DNA of 64,000 nucleotides, taken from IMG/VR virus record IMGVR_UViG_3300011187_000002. One strand, given 5' to 3'. The translations under genes were made by a program, and so were the position numbers. Positions 39,001 through 47,910 of the stretch are shown here, piece after piece. The notes under the pieces were generated by a model. That model did not search any database and was not told the origin of the DNA. It was given only the letters and a program-made list of their open reading frames with translations. Source of the DNA: a virus. Lineage: Duplodnaviria > Heunggongvirae > Uroviricota > Caudoviricetes. The number at the start of each line of letters is the position of its first letter. Positions within the stretch are counted from its first letter, which is position 1.

Positions 39001-40057
39001 CGTAGCTGGAAAGCCGGGGAAAGACTCTTTGTTGATCAGCTATAACCGGGAAGATGTAATTCCGAAACTAGCGGCCCACCGGCAGAAGATCGAGAGGCAA
39101 AAGCTTAAAGCTGCGCAAGAGGACAAAGAACTCAATCTCACGGAAGCAGAACGTAATCTTGCTGAGTATCCAGTCGATTACCAATTCGACCCAGCGAAAG
39201 TAGTCGAGTACGCTTATCGCCCATTTGATCTAAGATGGACATACTACGACAACAATCTTTGGACTAGGGGTGTTACAGCGTTACACGGACATATCGGCAG
39301 AGGGCCTGTATTATTAGCATCCAAAATCATTCGTGATCAGAGCTTTGCTCATGCGTTTATCAGCGAAACATTCATGGATGTCATCTTTCTTTCGCCGAGC
39401 AGAGGCACAAATTGTTATGCATTTCCACTGCATTTGGCAAAGGAAGGTGGCGATCAGTCGCGAGAGAAAGCATGCAATCTTTCACAGGATGATATTGTGC
39501 CCTCAAGCTGGAACGTTCCGGCGTTAGACTGCCTGCACTATATTTATGCCGTCCTTCACTCCCCCACATACAGAGAAGCCTATTTCGAGGCTCTCAAGTT
39601 GGACTTTCCGAGGATTCCACCAGCTCTTAGAAAGGACCTCTTTGAAGAGTTGGTAATCCTTGGCGAGCACCTCTTTGTCCTACATCTAGGCAAGACTGCG
39701 CCACCAACTACGAAAGCGCGCTTCAAGCATGGGAAAAGCCTTTTAGTAACAGAACGAAATAAGTACATCCAAGAAGGTGAAGGCATGGGACGTCTGTACA
39801 TAAACGACTCAACATATATCGCGGACGTTTCAAAAGAAGTGTGGGAGTTTCATGTGGGTGGGCACCAGGTGCTGAGCCGCTGGCTTTACTACCGCAAACG
39901 TGACGACAGAGAACTCACCGCTGGCGACACCGATCACCTTATAGACGTAATAAGCCGCATTGAAGAAACAATTGCCCTTATGGACCGGGTGGACGACGTG
40001 GTGGCCGCGTATGGAGGGTTACCAAGTGCTTTCTTGAGAACGCAATTTTCAGATTAA
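36002..40057 (+). CDS. large N6-adenine DNA methyltransferase with type ISP/IIG-like specificity domain
   Basis: HFYEPFL, GVYYTP, motif I ILDPAAGTGTF, motif IV GNPPY, YRPFD, DFPRIP, VWEFHVGGHQVL. Confidence 0.85.
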   Translation: MNLQEFRQFFENPTADAGAPAPDEEDGPTRSSTQFARPGAKPVRNDGGSHLSADSISFARHLLRRLLGAEPSGWPRDKVLKADHRALQYLPEKVHYIAPSDNGRDFHTLIIEFDSTGRELLQESKRLFPQAAKLDLIEDALDRFGQAALKGFAKYEQKAFADKRGEYVPVGRPEQTMIVLSVRDDRASDERIAHLVHFVRQGEDAQGSSEIDHPPMESFSVRQEAVTWEPQLKQDYTLQLFHRFVAPLQEGKWSQAFAREEERREARKLLDVLSGQATEESFEDVITNLLEEIALSFGLEADDHQARVTRRHLLSDHDIGIDPDRNLPDGFENPLKGFLIHDVANRLLGYIVYLPQNGEDADTLRDRLQKYNRFHNVLVIYPTTDQKDETSLEVGLWQGDRELRGKLLKKGANYIGPARLISMLSRFFMVSRAEVENQTELAQELAYRARYLRRLAIRQLKAEKEDGPMCKLYEAFTAALIHNQTEEEFADAYAQTLAYGLLSARWISKDQFQVSGDRFTRETALDHMPTTSPFLRSFFQTVLQENFDPKQKWLLEDIANFLDRIQIEQIFGHKDGEPTISTDPVIHFYEPFLQEYDPVTRKERGVYYTPDPLVHHIVESVNQHLKENLHLPLGLADTTTWAEYVERHPKISIPPVADPDSPLVQILDPAAGTGTFLKHVIEVIHHEFCTASKDTTKKLEADSWSQYVEDSLLPRLHGFELMVAPYAVCHIKLALTLQATGYEPTDDSRINVFLTNALEAPLTSTPQLDWTRIVNLTDESREASKVKGETALTVIVGNPPYSRSTKNKNPHIDALVAAYKDPVRAHEGNIQPLDDDYIKFWRIAEHWIELTNLGIAALVSNNTFYSGRIHRGIRRHHLDTFDFIDCLDLQETGKLTTATTDGVQPDDNVFPPITEATSVTLAVKTGGDSSRTSVHYRAITGTREAKYSLLRSNVDGVTSFDLDLRAPYWLFIPRDEDYVANHEEVYESFVKLDDLFKFSNVAGKPGKDSLLISYNREDVIPKLAAHRQKIERQKLKAAQEDKELNLTEAERNLAEYPVDYQFDPAKVVEYAYRPFDLRWTYYDNNLWTRGVTALHGHIGRGPVLLASKIIRDQSFAHAFISETFMDVIFLSPSRGTNCYAFPLHLAKEGGDQSREKACNLSQDDIVPSSWNVPALDCLHYIYAVLHSPTYREAYFEALKLDFPRIPPALRKDLFEELVILGEHLFVLHLGKTAPPTTKARFKHGKSLLVTERNKYIQEGEGMGRLYINDSTYIADVSKEVWEFHVGGHQVLSRWLYYRKRDDRELTAGDTDHLIDVISRIEETIALMDRVDDVVAAYGGLPSAFLRTQFSD

Positions 40058-40073
40058 CCAAGGCTCCTTAAGC

Positions 40074-40331
40074 ATGTCATTCACCACAAGACCTCCTTCT
40101 TTAGACGGATCTAACCTCGTTATCTTGCTTGAGGTTAACGATGTCAAGGTCCCAGAACCTGTTGTACGCATCCAAGCACTCTATGCAGGGGTTACGTACA
40201 TTTACCAACCGGAAACAGATCAAGAAAAGCAACAGTTGGGTGATCTGTATGAACTCGTTCAGTACCAAATGAGTGGGGGACCGGAAATTCTCGACCACAT
40301 GTTGCAAGAAATCAAAGATTTAGGTGTTTAA
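40074..40331 (+). CDS. hypothetical protein
   Basis: 85-aa ORF. Confidence 0.5.
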   Translation: MSFTTRPPSLDGSNLVILLEVNDVKVPEPVVRIQALYAGVTYIYQPETDQEKQQLGDLYELVQYQMSGGPEILDHMLQEIKDLGV

Positions 40332-41063
40332 GTGACACGTTCATTGCTACTACCAGACGTACACAGTGCATGGGGAAGCGCTGATGACCTGATTGATCAC
40401 GCCCGCCGCAAGGAGGGTCCTTTTGATCGAATCATTCAGCTAGGTGACATGGGCTTTGGTTTTGCGGGCGTCAAGCCGTGGAAAACCAAGTACGAAGAAA
40501 TCCTCTGGTTTATCGACGGCAATCACGATAACCACGAGATGCTTTCTAATCGGGGCGATCCTAATTTTGGGTACGATCCGTACCATGTCCTGTGGCCTCG
40601 TGAATGGCAAGATTTCCTGAAACGGTGGGAGTACAAAGAGCGTGGTGCTTTCGAAGACGGCATCCTGTTCATCGGAGGGGCATCGTCTATCGATCGAATC
40701 TGGCGCACCGCTGGAAAAGATTGGTGGCCCGGCGAAAACATATCTTACGAGGACGAAGAACGGGTGATGGATACCATCGAAGAGGTGGGAGCCGAGAACA
40801 TTCATACCGTGATCAGCCACGATTGTCCGGCTGGATTCAGCATGGCAAAGCCTTTACGGATTCACAACGGGTCGGGTGCCAAAGAGAATTTCGACAACAA
40901 TCGGAAGTTCCTAGAGCATGTACGCACGGTCGTAAAACCTGAGCGCTGGTACTTCGGGCATTACCATTTCAATTGGTCCGGGGAAATCGACGGTTGCAAG
41001 TGGCAGTGTATCGACATGGTGCGCGGGAACGGGAAGTACGATTACGCAGTGCTGGAAACGTGA
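40332..41063 (+). CDS. calcineurin-like metallophosphoesterase
   Basis: DVH, GD, GNHD, SHD, FGHYH motifs. Confidence 0.9.
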   Translation: MTRSLLLPDVHSAWGSADDLIDHARRKEGPFDRIIQLGDMGFGFAGVKPWKTKYEEILWFIDGNHDNHEMLSNRGDPNFGYDPYHVLWPREWQDFLKRWEYKERGAFEDGILFIGGASSIDRIWRTAGKDWWPGENISYEDEERVMDTIEEVGAENIHTVISHDCPAGFSMAKPLRIHNGSGAKENFDNNRKFLEHVRTVVKPERWYFGHYHFNWSGEIDGCKWQCIDMVRGNGKYDYAVLET

Positions 41064-41064
41064 T

Positions 41065-41442
41065 ATGCCTATCATAAACCGATTCAAAGATGGGGAGTTT
41101 GAAGAAGCCCCTATTCCGACTACGCTGGAAGAAGCCTTCGACGTCCTCGATGAAATCATTTTCCCGGACGAGCGTGATCTTGTGCTTGAATACTCAGAAG
41201 AAATGTGGCGGGCACAATCTTACCGGATGGGAGGGTGGCTTCGGAACACGTGGAAATTTTGGGAAAAGGAAGGCCCCTTGTATGAGTGGTTTGTCGACTA
41301 TGGCATAACCCACGCGGATGACATGTCTGGTATCGTACTGCTATCGTATTGGCGGCACAAAAACGGTAAGTCCCTAGACGTCGAGGGACAGGTCCAGCAT
41401 TACCTCGATTATTGGGATAAACGAGAGTTTGAACGCATCTAA
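41065..41442 (+). CDS. hypothetical protein (DUF6794-like)
   Basis: GGWLRNTW...GITHADDMSGIVL. Confidence 0.65.
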   Translation: MPIINRFKDGEFEEAPIPTTLEEAFDVLDEIIFPDERDLVLEYSEEMWRAQSYRMGGWLRNTWKFWEKEGPLYEWFVDYGITHADDMSGIVLLSYWRHKNGKSLDVEGQVQHYLDYWDKREFERI

Positions 41443-41583
41443 ACCCTCTAACTCCACTCCAGTCCGCCCGGCGTTCCCCCTGTAGGCCCTCTGCAGAGAT
41501 TTCTTTTGACGACTCCCCGTTGTTAGGGTATAGGTTAGTGCAAGAGACGACGACTAACCCTTGACAACGACAGGAGACACGGC

Positions 41584-41967
41584 ATGTTCAAAAAGACTGA
41601 TAACTACGGCGGCCACCTTCAGGGATATGTAGAACTGGTCCCTGCCCAACTGAAAGCACTGTTCGGCGACCCTAATGGTTTCTGCGATGACCAGTACATG
41701 GACTGGTACCAACTCGAAGACGATGACGGCCATTTCGCCACCATCTACAGCAAGTGGACGCATCCCTCCGAAAATACCGACCGTCTTTTCAGTTTCAATG
41801 TGGGCGGCAACAGCTACGAAGATATGCAAGCGCTTGTCGAGTACCTTGAAAACGAAGGGTTGAACGTGGGTGTTGTCGACGCCGTGGGCAACAACCTTGC
41901 CCAATGGGAAGCGACTCAGAGGGCACACATGGCCGTTGAGGAGGCCCTCCGAGGGGACGCCCGATGA
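41584..41967 (+). CDS. hypothetical phage protein
   Basis: AGGAG RBS; promoter copy at 41506. Confidence 0.65.
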   Translation: MFKKTDNYGGHLQGYVELVPAQLKALFGDPNGFCDDQYMDWYQLEDDDGHFATIYSKWTHPSENTDRLFSFNVGGNSYEDMQALVEYLENEGLNVGVVDAVGNNLAQWEATQRAHMAVEEALRGDAR

Positions 41968-42449
41968 ACAGCGAAGACCGCTTCAGCCATTACGTGAAGC
42001 ACGGGTGGTGCCCCGTACCTTGGGCGCATCACCCGGAGCCGGTCAAGGAATTGATTCGGGCCATTGGTTTCCGCCCGCAGCTCAAGGGCTGTTTTTACAA
42101 CAGCCAATTGTTGTTCATCGAAAACGAACGACGTTCGTTTGGTCTGGACCTCGAATACCGTGAAGGCTGGGTCCATGCGATTATCCCCTTTGAGCACGCT
42201 TGGCTGACTTACAAGGGTGAACTGTTGGATTTGACCTTGGCCCCGGACCGGGAAGTGCCGCCGACGTACCTGAAATCTATAGGTTACAGCTACGAGGACG
42301 TCACCAACAACATGTTCGAGACGGGGTGCTACACTTCGGTCACGTCGGCAAAAGACTTTTACGACATCGGGCCGTGGAAAGAGGGCTTTGAGGCCCTCGA
42401 CGCCCTCCAAGATGAGGACCAAGACCGAGGCCCCTCCGAGGGGACTTAG
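41964..42449 (+). CDS. hypothetical protein with C/H/D motif (possible transglutaminase-like fold)
   Basis: GCFYNS...EHAWL...LDLT. Confidence 0.6.
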   Translation: MNSEDRFSHYVKHGWCPVPWAHHPEPVKELIRAIGFRPQLKGCFYNSQLLFIENERRSFGLDLEYREGWVHAIIPFEHAWLTYKGELLDLTLAPDREVPPTYLKSIGYSYEDVTNNMFETGCYTSVTSAKDFYDIGPWKEGFEALDALQDEDQDRGPSEGT

Positions 42450-42562
42450 AGTAGAGTTACAGGGTGGGCTGGCCCTCTAACTCAGAAAAGAGCCCGGCTG
42501 GGCCTTGGCTTGCAACCCCCAGCACAGGGCAATCTGGTTTCCAGAGCAATACGTAACACTAC

Positions 42563-42889
42563 TTGAACACTAGGGACGTTATGGCTGAAACACCCGGTCC
42601 GCTTAACCCCTTTTTGTATCGACGGTCTGCTAATGTAGGCCAAGCCAAATACCTCACCGAAGATAGAACCTCTGATCTTAACCACATGCTCGAAGTCGCA
42701 ATCGAGCAGACACAACGGCAAGGCGTGACCGACGACTGCGCCTGTGGTGAACTTCACAGCCTTGGACAGCACAGCCACGGTACGCTTATCGAATGTCGTT
42801 GCGGATTGGATTGGGTAGTGGTTGACCACGACGAAAAGACGCTGGAGCCTTTCGATGAATTGGCCGTATTGACCAAGGATTCCTTTTGA
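42563..42889 (+). CDS. hypothetical Cys-containing protein
   Basis: CACG/CRCG; true start probably 42581. Confidence 0.5.
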   Translation: MNTRDVMAETPGPLNPFLYRRSANVGQAKYLTEDRTSDLNHMLEVAIEQTQRQGVTDDCACGELHSLGQHSHGTLIECRCGLDWVVVDHDEKTLEPFDELAVLTKDSF

Positions 42890-42893
42890 CGCT

Positions 42894-43256
42894 GTGCTAG
42901 TTCTGTGGTATAAGTTTTTGACCACACGATACGAGGCTAAGACTATGAATGACGAACAAGCACAAGGGTACACAATGAAATGGGAAGAGCTTTCGTCATT
43001 GATGGACGCCGTAGAAGTGCCGGTCGTGGCTGTGGAAACCACGGGCACCGGCGTTATCAAAACCGTCGTGGTCCCGGTGGACGATACCCTGACTGCAGTG
43101 GGATCCTTGGAATGGGCCGGGTTCGTGGTTGATACTTCCGAATGGACGGGTTTCGGCAACAAGCCCCGCAAATACGACGCTACAGAAATCAAGCTACTAC
43201 GACGTAAGGATGTATCCCGTGAAGAAGCACCCGAACGCCTTGCCAGTGCAGCATAA
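42894..43256 (+). CDS. hypothetical protein (true start probably 42944)
   Basis: promoter copy at 42886. Confidence 0.55.
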   Translation: MLVLWYKFLTTRYEAKTMNDEQAQGYTMKWEELSSLMDAVEVPVVAVETTGTGVIKTVVVPVDDTLTAVGSLEWAGFVVDTSEWTGFGNKPRKYDATEIKLLRRKDVSREEAPERLASAA

Positions 43257-43360
43257 AGGTTTCGATCTCTTTTTGCAGACCGCCAATCTGTTGGGCGATG
43301 GAATCCTAAAGGAAGGCGCAAATTTCGATTCGGTGGAACACCCTTGGCGGTTCCGGGCAT

Positions 43361-43771
43361 ATGACGCCAAAGACCGTCTCTATGCCGAAGGTACCTGTGA
43401 CAGTCGGACGAGGTTTTGGCCGATCCTACACCTGTTGCATGAAAAGACGGGGCGATTGGATATCCGTCTTCGCATCTACGAACGATCCACACAACGAGCT
43501 ACTGAGGTCTTCCCCTATGAGCAACCAAGGCTACTACCTGCCGCCCAACATGAAAGCGACTCTGGACCGGTACGTCGAGCGTCGGCTGGCTCCGGGGCGC
43601 TTCACACAGTTGCTTTTGAAAAATAAGGTTCACGAGGCCCTACCCTTTGCGGATAAGGCACACCAGCAAGCTCTGTACGACACGCTGCGCTACATCACGA
43701 TGGAGCTTCCCGCTGGGTGTTACGGTAGCCCCGAAAAGGTAGAGGCGTGGCTTAGAGGGGACGACGCATGA
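43361..43771 (+). CDS. hypothetical phage protein (true start probably 43517)
   Basis: PAGCYGSPEKVEAW C-terminal motif. Confidence 0.55.
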   Translation: MTPKTVSMPKVPVTVGRGFGRSYTCCMKRRGDWISVFASTNDPHNELLRSSPMSNQGYYLPPNMKATLDRYVERRLAPGRFTQLLLKNKVHEALPFADKAHQQALYDTLRYITMELPAGCYGSPEKVEAWLRGDDA

Positions 43772-44166
43772 GTAATACTTGGCAAGACGCTGAAATCGTG
43801 GACTTCAAAGTCGACGGCTGGGAACAGGCCGAGGCTTTGATCCACGAGATGGAAGATAGGGCTGATACGATCGGCTTTTCCTATTTCGATATCGATTACA
43901 TCGACGATGGTGCGCTGTACGCTGAGGTCACGTTCGGCGGCACTGAGTGGGTGGTTGATTTTTCCAAGGCCAACTGCCCCGGTGGTGATGAGACGGGCAA
44001 GATGGGCAACCACGCGGCCCTTATCTTCTACTGTTATTACGAGACGCTGGGACAAGCCCGCTCTTCGACGGCCCCGAAAGATGGGGTCGAGATGGTCAAA
44101 GCCATCGAGGAGTACATGGAGCTACCACACGAACCTGACTTCTACGAATCGAGGGTATGGATATGA
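43768..44166 (+). CDS. hypothetical acidic protein
   Basis: ATGA-coupled. Confidence 0.6.
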   Translation: MSNTWQDAEIVDFKVDGWEQAEALIHEMEDRADTIGFSYFDIDYIDDGALYAEVTFGGTEWVVDFSKANCPGGDETGKMGNHAALIFYCYYETLGQARSSTAPKDGVEMVKAIEEYMELPHEPDFYESRVWI

Positions 44167-44399
44167 GCAGCCAAGCCATGTTACGACTGGCTTTCAAAAC
44201 GGTAGAGTCCTTACTGGAAGCGAAAGCCCAAGAGGAATATGGCGACGAGGCCAGTGTGGGTTCGTGGAGTTACGATACGTGCTATGATCATTTTGATATT
44301 CAGGTTGACGTTCCGGGCGAAATGTACTATCAAACACTATCGATCCCGGAAGAAGATATCCTTGGCGAAGAGCCCATAACGAAGGATTACTGGCCTTGA
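44157..44399 (+). CDS. hypothetical acidic protein
   Basis: coupled on both sides. Confidence 0.5.
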   Translation: MDMSSQAMLRLAFKTVESLLEAKAQEEYGDEASVGSWSYDTCYDHFDIQVDVPGEMYYQTLSIPEEDILGEEPITKDYWP

Positions 44400-45022
44400 A
44401 TACACACCAGCTTAACGTATCGCAACGCGCTTCACTTCTGCACCTATTGCAAACGGTGGCGCTTCAAAAGGGCAATTTCATTCTAGCTTCGGGTGAACAA
44501 AGCGATACGTATCTGGACGTGCGCAAGGTGGCCCTTGATTCGCGGGGGTCGTACCTGATTGGCTCTGCGATCATAGCCTATATCCAAGAACAGTTTCCGG
44601 GGTGCCGTGGAGTTGGCGGCCTTACGTTAGGCGCTGACCCCATCGTCTCGTCGACCTTGTTCGCGGCTCATGCGCTAGCCCACGGTTCCTTAGCTGGCAT
44701 TCTGGTACGTAAGAAACCTAAAGATCACGGGACCATGAACTGGCTGGAGGTCGGGGGCGAAATCCAACCGGGTCAGGATTCGATTCTTGTGGTTGACGAT
44801 GTGATAACAACAGGCAATTCGACGCTCAAAGCGGTTCAAAGGATTCGGGATGCAGGCTATCATGTTCCGGCGACCTTATGCGTGGTTGATCGACAGCAAG
44901 GCGGTCCCGAACTTTTGGAAGCGAATGGGTTGAGTTGCCATTCGCTATACACGCTCGATGAAGTGCTTGGCGTAGATGAAGAATCCGAAGTGATCGAAGA
45001 ACCCGCCGACGCCGCAGAATGA
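44396..45022 (+). CDS. pyrE: orotate phosphoribosyltransferase
   Basis: FILASGEQSDTYLD, VRKKPKDHG, PRPP motif VVDDVITTG, VVDRQQGG. Confidence 0.92.
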   Translation: MNTHQLNVSQRASLLHLLQTVALQKGNFILASGEQSDTYLDVRKVALDSRGSYLIGSAIIAYIQEQFPGCRGVGGLTLGADPIVSSTLFAAHALAHGSLAGILVRKKPKDHGTMNWLEVGGEIQPGQDSILVVDDVITTGNSTLKAVQRIRDAGYHVPATLCVVDRQQGGPELLEANGLSCHSLYTLDEVLGVDEESEVIEEPADAAE

Positions 45023-45123
45023 TACGCAATCACTTCAACGAAAAGTGGTATGAAAAGCGGACTTCCAGATTCTTAAAAAACTTGCTTGGTGATGATCGCT
45101 ATCGCTTTGCTTTTCAAGTGGTG

Positions 45124-45615
45124 CTAAGGCCGGGCCATGATTGGCCCTATCCAGAAAAGCTGGGCTAGATCAACGAAAGCCATGCGGGTCGTTTTGATGT
45201 GTGCTTCGAAGCTGGGGACCCCGTGCGACTTTCCTTCGATGTAAAACTGAAGGTTGGGATCTGCTTTGTAGCCAATAACGACTTTCCCTGTAGGGCTGAT
45301 CACAGACATTTGGTCGTAAAGCAAAGCGGCTTCGCGGTTGCCAAAGCTCACGTCAGCACCGGGAGGGTCCAGAATATTGTCCGGGTAGTCTTTAGGGTTG
45401 GTGGCGGCCCCAATCGAGAGCCACATCAACTGTTCAAAGACGCTGGGGTCTACGTTGATCTCGAATGAACACGAGGTCAAGCTCATGGAACTGACGGTCC
45501 ATCTCAGGGTAGGACCAAAGCCCTTGTCCAAGATGGTCATGTAAAGGCCGCTGTTTCCGGTATGGAAACCGGCCCTTCCAATCGTGCGGTATTCGTTGTC
45601 AATTACGTCACTCAT
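45124..45615 (-). CDS. hypothetical protein
   Basis: coupled to 45612..46364. Confidence 0.6.
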   Translation of the reverse strand: MSDVIDNEYRTIGRAGFHTGNSGLYMTILDKGFGPTLRWTVSSMSLTSCSFEINVDPSVFEQLMWLSIGAATNPKDYPDNILDPPGADVSFGNREAALLYDQMSVISPTGKVVIGYKADPNLQFYIEGKSHGVPSFEAHIKTTRMAFVDLAQLFWIGPIMARP

Positions 45616-46364
45616 TTTAACTCTACTGTGATCGAAGTGTCGTGGTACCCGCTTCGGTGTGAAGGTGCGGTTTCCACGAAAATCTCGTCGATGGAATCCA
45701 TGTAACGGCGGAGTTCCTTTTTGGCCCGGCGCTCGATGGAATACGTGTTGACTTCATCGGCAGGGATAAAGGCAATCCCTACGACTGTCTGGCCACCGGG
45801 ATAGGTGAAGAGATCATCGAACTCTTCGGCTCCACCCCATTCCAAAGCCTTTTTGATAGCCCGTTCGATGCCTTTGGTATCCGCAGCATATTGGCGACGG
45901 TCCGCAGCATATTGGCGACGGGAGGCTTGGCGCTTGTACTGTTTGAGGTAGTCATCAAGTCGCTTAAAGGCATAGGCGGGATCTTCAAACCATGCCAACG
46001 TGCTGCCTTTGGGGATCGTAGTGCGACGGTCCCCGTGAACTACCTGCAGGGCATATTCTTGAGTGTCTTCGTCCCGAAGCATCCGAACAGTGAAATCTAA
46101 TTTGCTCGGGGCGTCGGCGATATACCAATCGAACCGACGATGGCCGCCCTTTTCATAGGTCTTGGACCCATAGACCACCATATCAGGACCGAAAAACCTC
46201 TTGGTGAGCTTCGAGATAGGTCTGTAGTGCTCGGATAAGAAACGGCCATCCTCAGAAGCCTGAAGGACTTTCCGCAGCGTGTCATCGAGATATTGGCTTT
46301 GACCGGCAAATCTCTTTAGCCGCTTTGCAACACCCGCAAGCCGTACATGTAGTGGATCACTCAT
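45612..46364 (-). CDS. hypothetical, possible virion protein
   Basis: 250-aa ORF with RLA/RFA/RQA sites. Confidence 0.65.
   Translation of the reverse strand: MSDPLHVRLAGVAKRLKRFAGQSQYLDDTLRKVLQASEDGRFLSEHYRPISKLTKRFFGPDMVVYGSKTYEKGGHRRFDWYIADAPSKLDFTVRMLRDEDTQEYALQVVHGDRRTTIPKGSTLAWFEDPAYAFKRLDDYLKQYKRQASRRQYAADRRQYAADTKGIERAIKKALEWGGAEEFDDLFTYPGGQTVVGIAFIPADEVNTYSIERRAKKELRRYMDSIDEIFVETAPSHRSGYHDTSITVELK
45880..45921. repeat. perfect 21-bp tandem duplication
   Basis: tccgcagcatattggcgacgg x2, encoding RRQYAAD twice. Confidence 0.9.
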
Positions 46365-46382
46365 AATAGACGTCCCTGTGGA

Positions 46383-46793
46383 TCATCCAACACGAAGGTT
46401 CTTTTTGAAAGCCTCAGCATCATCCTCGGTGGGGTTCGAAACTTCGATGATGATCACAATGTGGTGAGTCTTGGGTTCGAAATCAACGGACATTTCCGAA
46501 GCAAGTAGGCGATCACGCATGAGCCTTTCAGCGGTTTTTCGCACAGCTTTCTTTGCCCGCTTGGCTGCCAGATTGATCCCCTCTACCGGTAGCTTGCCGT
46601 CATACATGGCAAGACTTGGATCAATAGTTACTTCCAGTCCCGAAGTCCCTGCCATTCGAACAACCTCGACGTTAACCACGGAAGCCGCAGTCTTTTTCAA
46701 CGCCTGTTTGATCAAAGGCATAAGCTCCTTTCGGCGCTCTGGATCTTGCGCAAGTCTGCGCATACGATTAAGCATAGCGTTAGCATCCATCAT
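46383..46793 (-). CDS. hypothetical, possible virion protein
   Basis: RLAQDPERRKELMPLIK..KKTA resembles the LIKLA..PELRPHLLPLLKTA motif. Confidence 0.6.
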   Translation of the reverse strand: MMDANAMLNRMRRLAQDPERRKELMPLIKQALKKTAASVVNVEVVRMAGTSGLEVTIDPSLAMYDGKLPVEGINLAAKRAKKAVRKTAERLMRDRLLASEMSVDFEPKTHHIVIIIEVSNPTEDDAEAFKKNLRVG

Positions 46794-46946
46794 TTTTCCT
46801 TGTGAAACCGCAAAAGGTTATCGAGTTCACCCGATCACTTTAACGGGTTACAAAAGCAATACCGAAGTTTTTTGACACTCTGGTACAACTAGGGTATAAG
46901 GCATTGACGACGACGATAACCCTTTTGCAAACGACAAGGATACATC

Positions 46947-47450
46947 ATGAAGCTCAAAGAGATCGAAATCGGAGAAGAATACGCCTGTGGTAGCCCGAAC
47001 CAAAAGTACGGGACATACGATCGTAGGCGTGTTGTCGCTATCGACAAGTTCAAGAAGCCTCATGGGCGTCGGAATTGGAGCAAAGCACGTCGCCGCCGTG
47101 TGAAAGCGGTCTACATCCGCAGCGATGGTAGCGAGGGTGGCGAGTCTGTGCTCGATGCGCAAGAAATCATCGAGCCGTGGGCCGCTTACGCTGAGAAACA
47201 GCGCAAAGAGAAAGAGGCCAGCAAGCGCCGTGCTGAGGAACTCCAGTCCAAGCGGGAAGATAGCGAGGCCCAAGCCAAGCGGATCGCTTCCAACCTTCAG
47301 GAATTGGGCCTCGAAATGCGCACCAATTACAACGGGGATAAAGTCCCCCGTGGTGTCAACCTCGATATCAGCCACCGCTACGGCACCGGTAAGGTGTCGA
47401 TGAATTTCGACAAGTTCGAAGAGTTGCTCGAAACGATCGTCAAGAGTTAA
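46947..47450 (+). CDS. hypothetical protein
   Basis: AAGGA RBS; promoter copy at 46872. Confidence 0.7.
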   Translation: MKLKEIEIGEEYACGSPNQKYGTYDRRRVVAIDKFKKPHGRRNWSKARRRRVKAVYIRSDGSEGGESVLDAQEIIEPWAAYAEKQRKEKEASKRRAEELQSKREDSEAQAKRIASNLQELGLEMRTNYNGDKVPRGVNLDISHRYGTGKVSMNFDKFEELLETIVKS

Positions 47451-47520
47451 AGTTCCGAAGGGCAGGGGTTAGGTAGACCCTGCCCTTCGGTTGTAGATTC
47501 CATAGCCAGCGAGGTACCCT

Positions 47521-47844
47521 ATGAGTAACAGCACCCCTAAGATCGAAATCGAAGACTCTGACAGGCCCGGTGAAATACGTCCCGTGTGGAAAGTAAGCAA
47601 AGCCACGGGCGAGCGGTCGATGGAATTCACACTTATCACGGACGACGAGGAACGGGCCAAAGCTGAAGCCGCCAAAAAGGATGGGTGGTATGGTTCCGAG
47701 GGATCTTACCACGAAACTGTGGCGGTGTTCGGCGAAGATGAACACTGGTATGTCGGAGGCAGTGTTCACGTTCCACCATCACTTCGTCAGAGGGCGTTGA
47801 ACAAGCTGACCCCCGAAGAGCGCAAAGCGCTGGGTGTAGACTAG
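47521..47844 (+). CDS. hypothetical protein
   Basis: C-terminal ALNKLTPEERKALG motif common in phage proteins. Confidence 0.65.
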   Translation: MSNSTPKIEIEDSDRPGEIRPVWKVSKATGERSMEFTLITDDEERAKAEAAKKDGWYGSEGSYHETVAVFGEDEHWYVGGSVHVPPSLRQRALNKLTPEERKALGVD

Positions 47845-47910
47845 AAAGCCTTTTGACGGTGCTTATATAGTGTGGTATAAAGGTCGAGGATTCCAAAAAG
47901 GGAAGTTACG

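Noticed and set aside
42482-43492. 336-aa minus-strand ORF
   Set aside because: Crosses several plus-strand genes and a promoter copy; no motifs.
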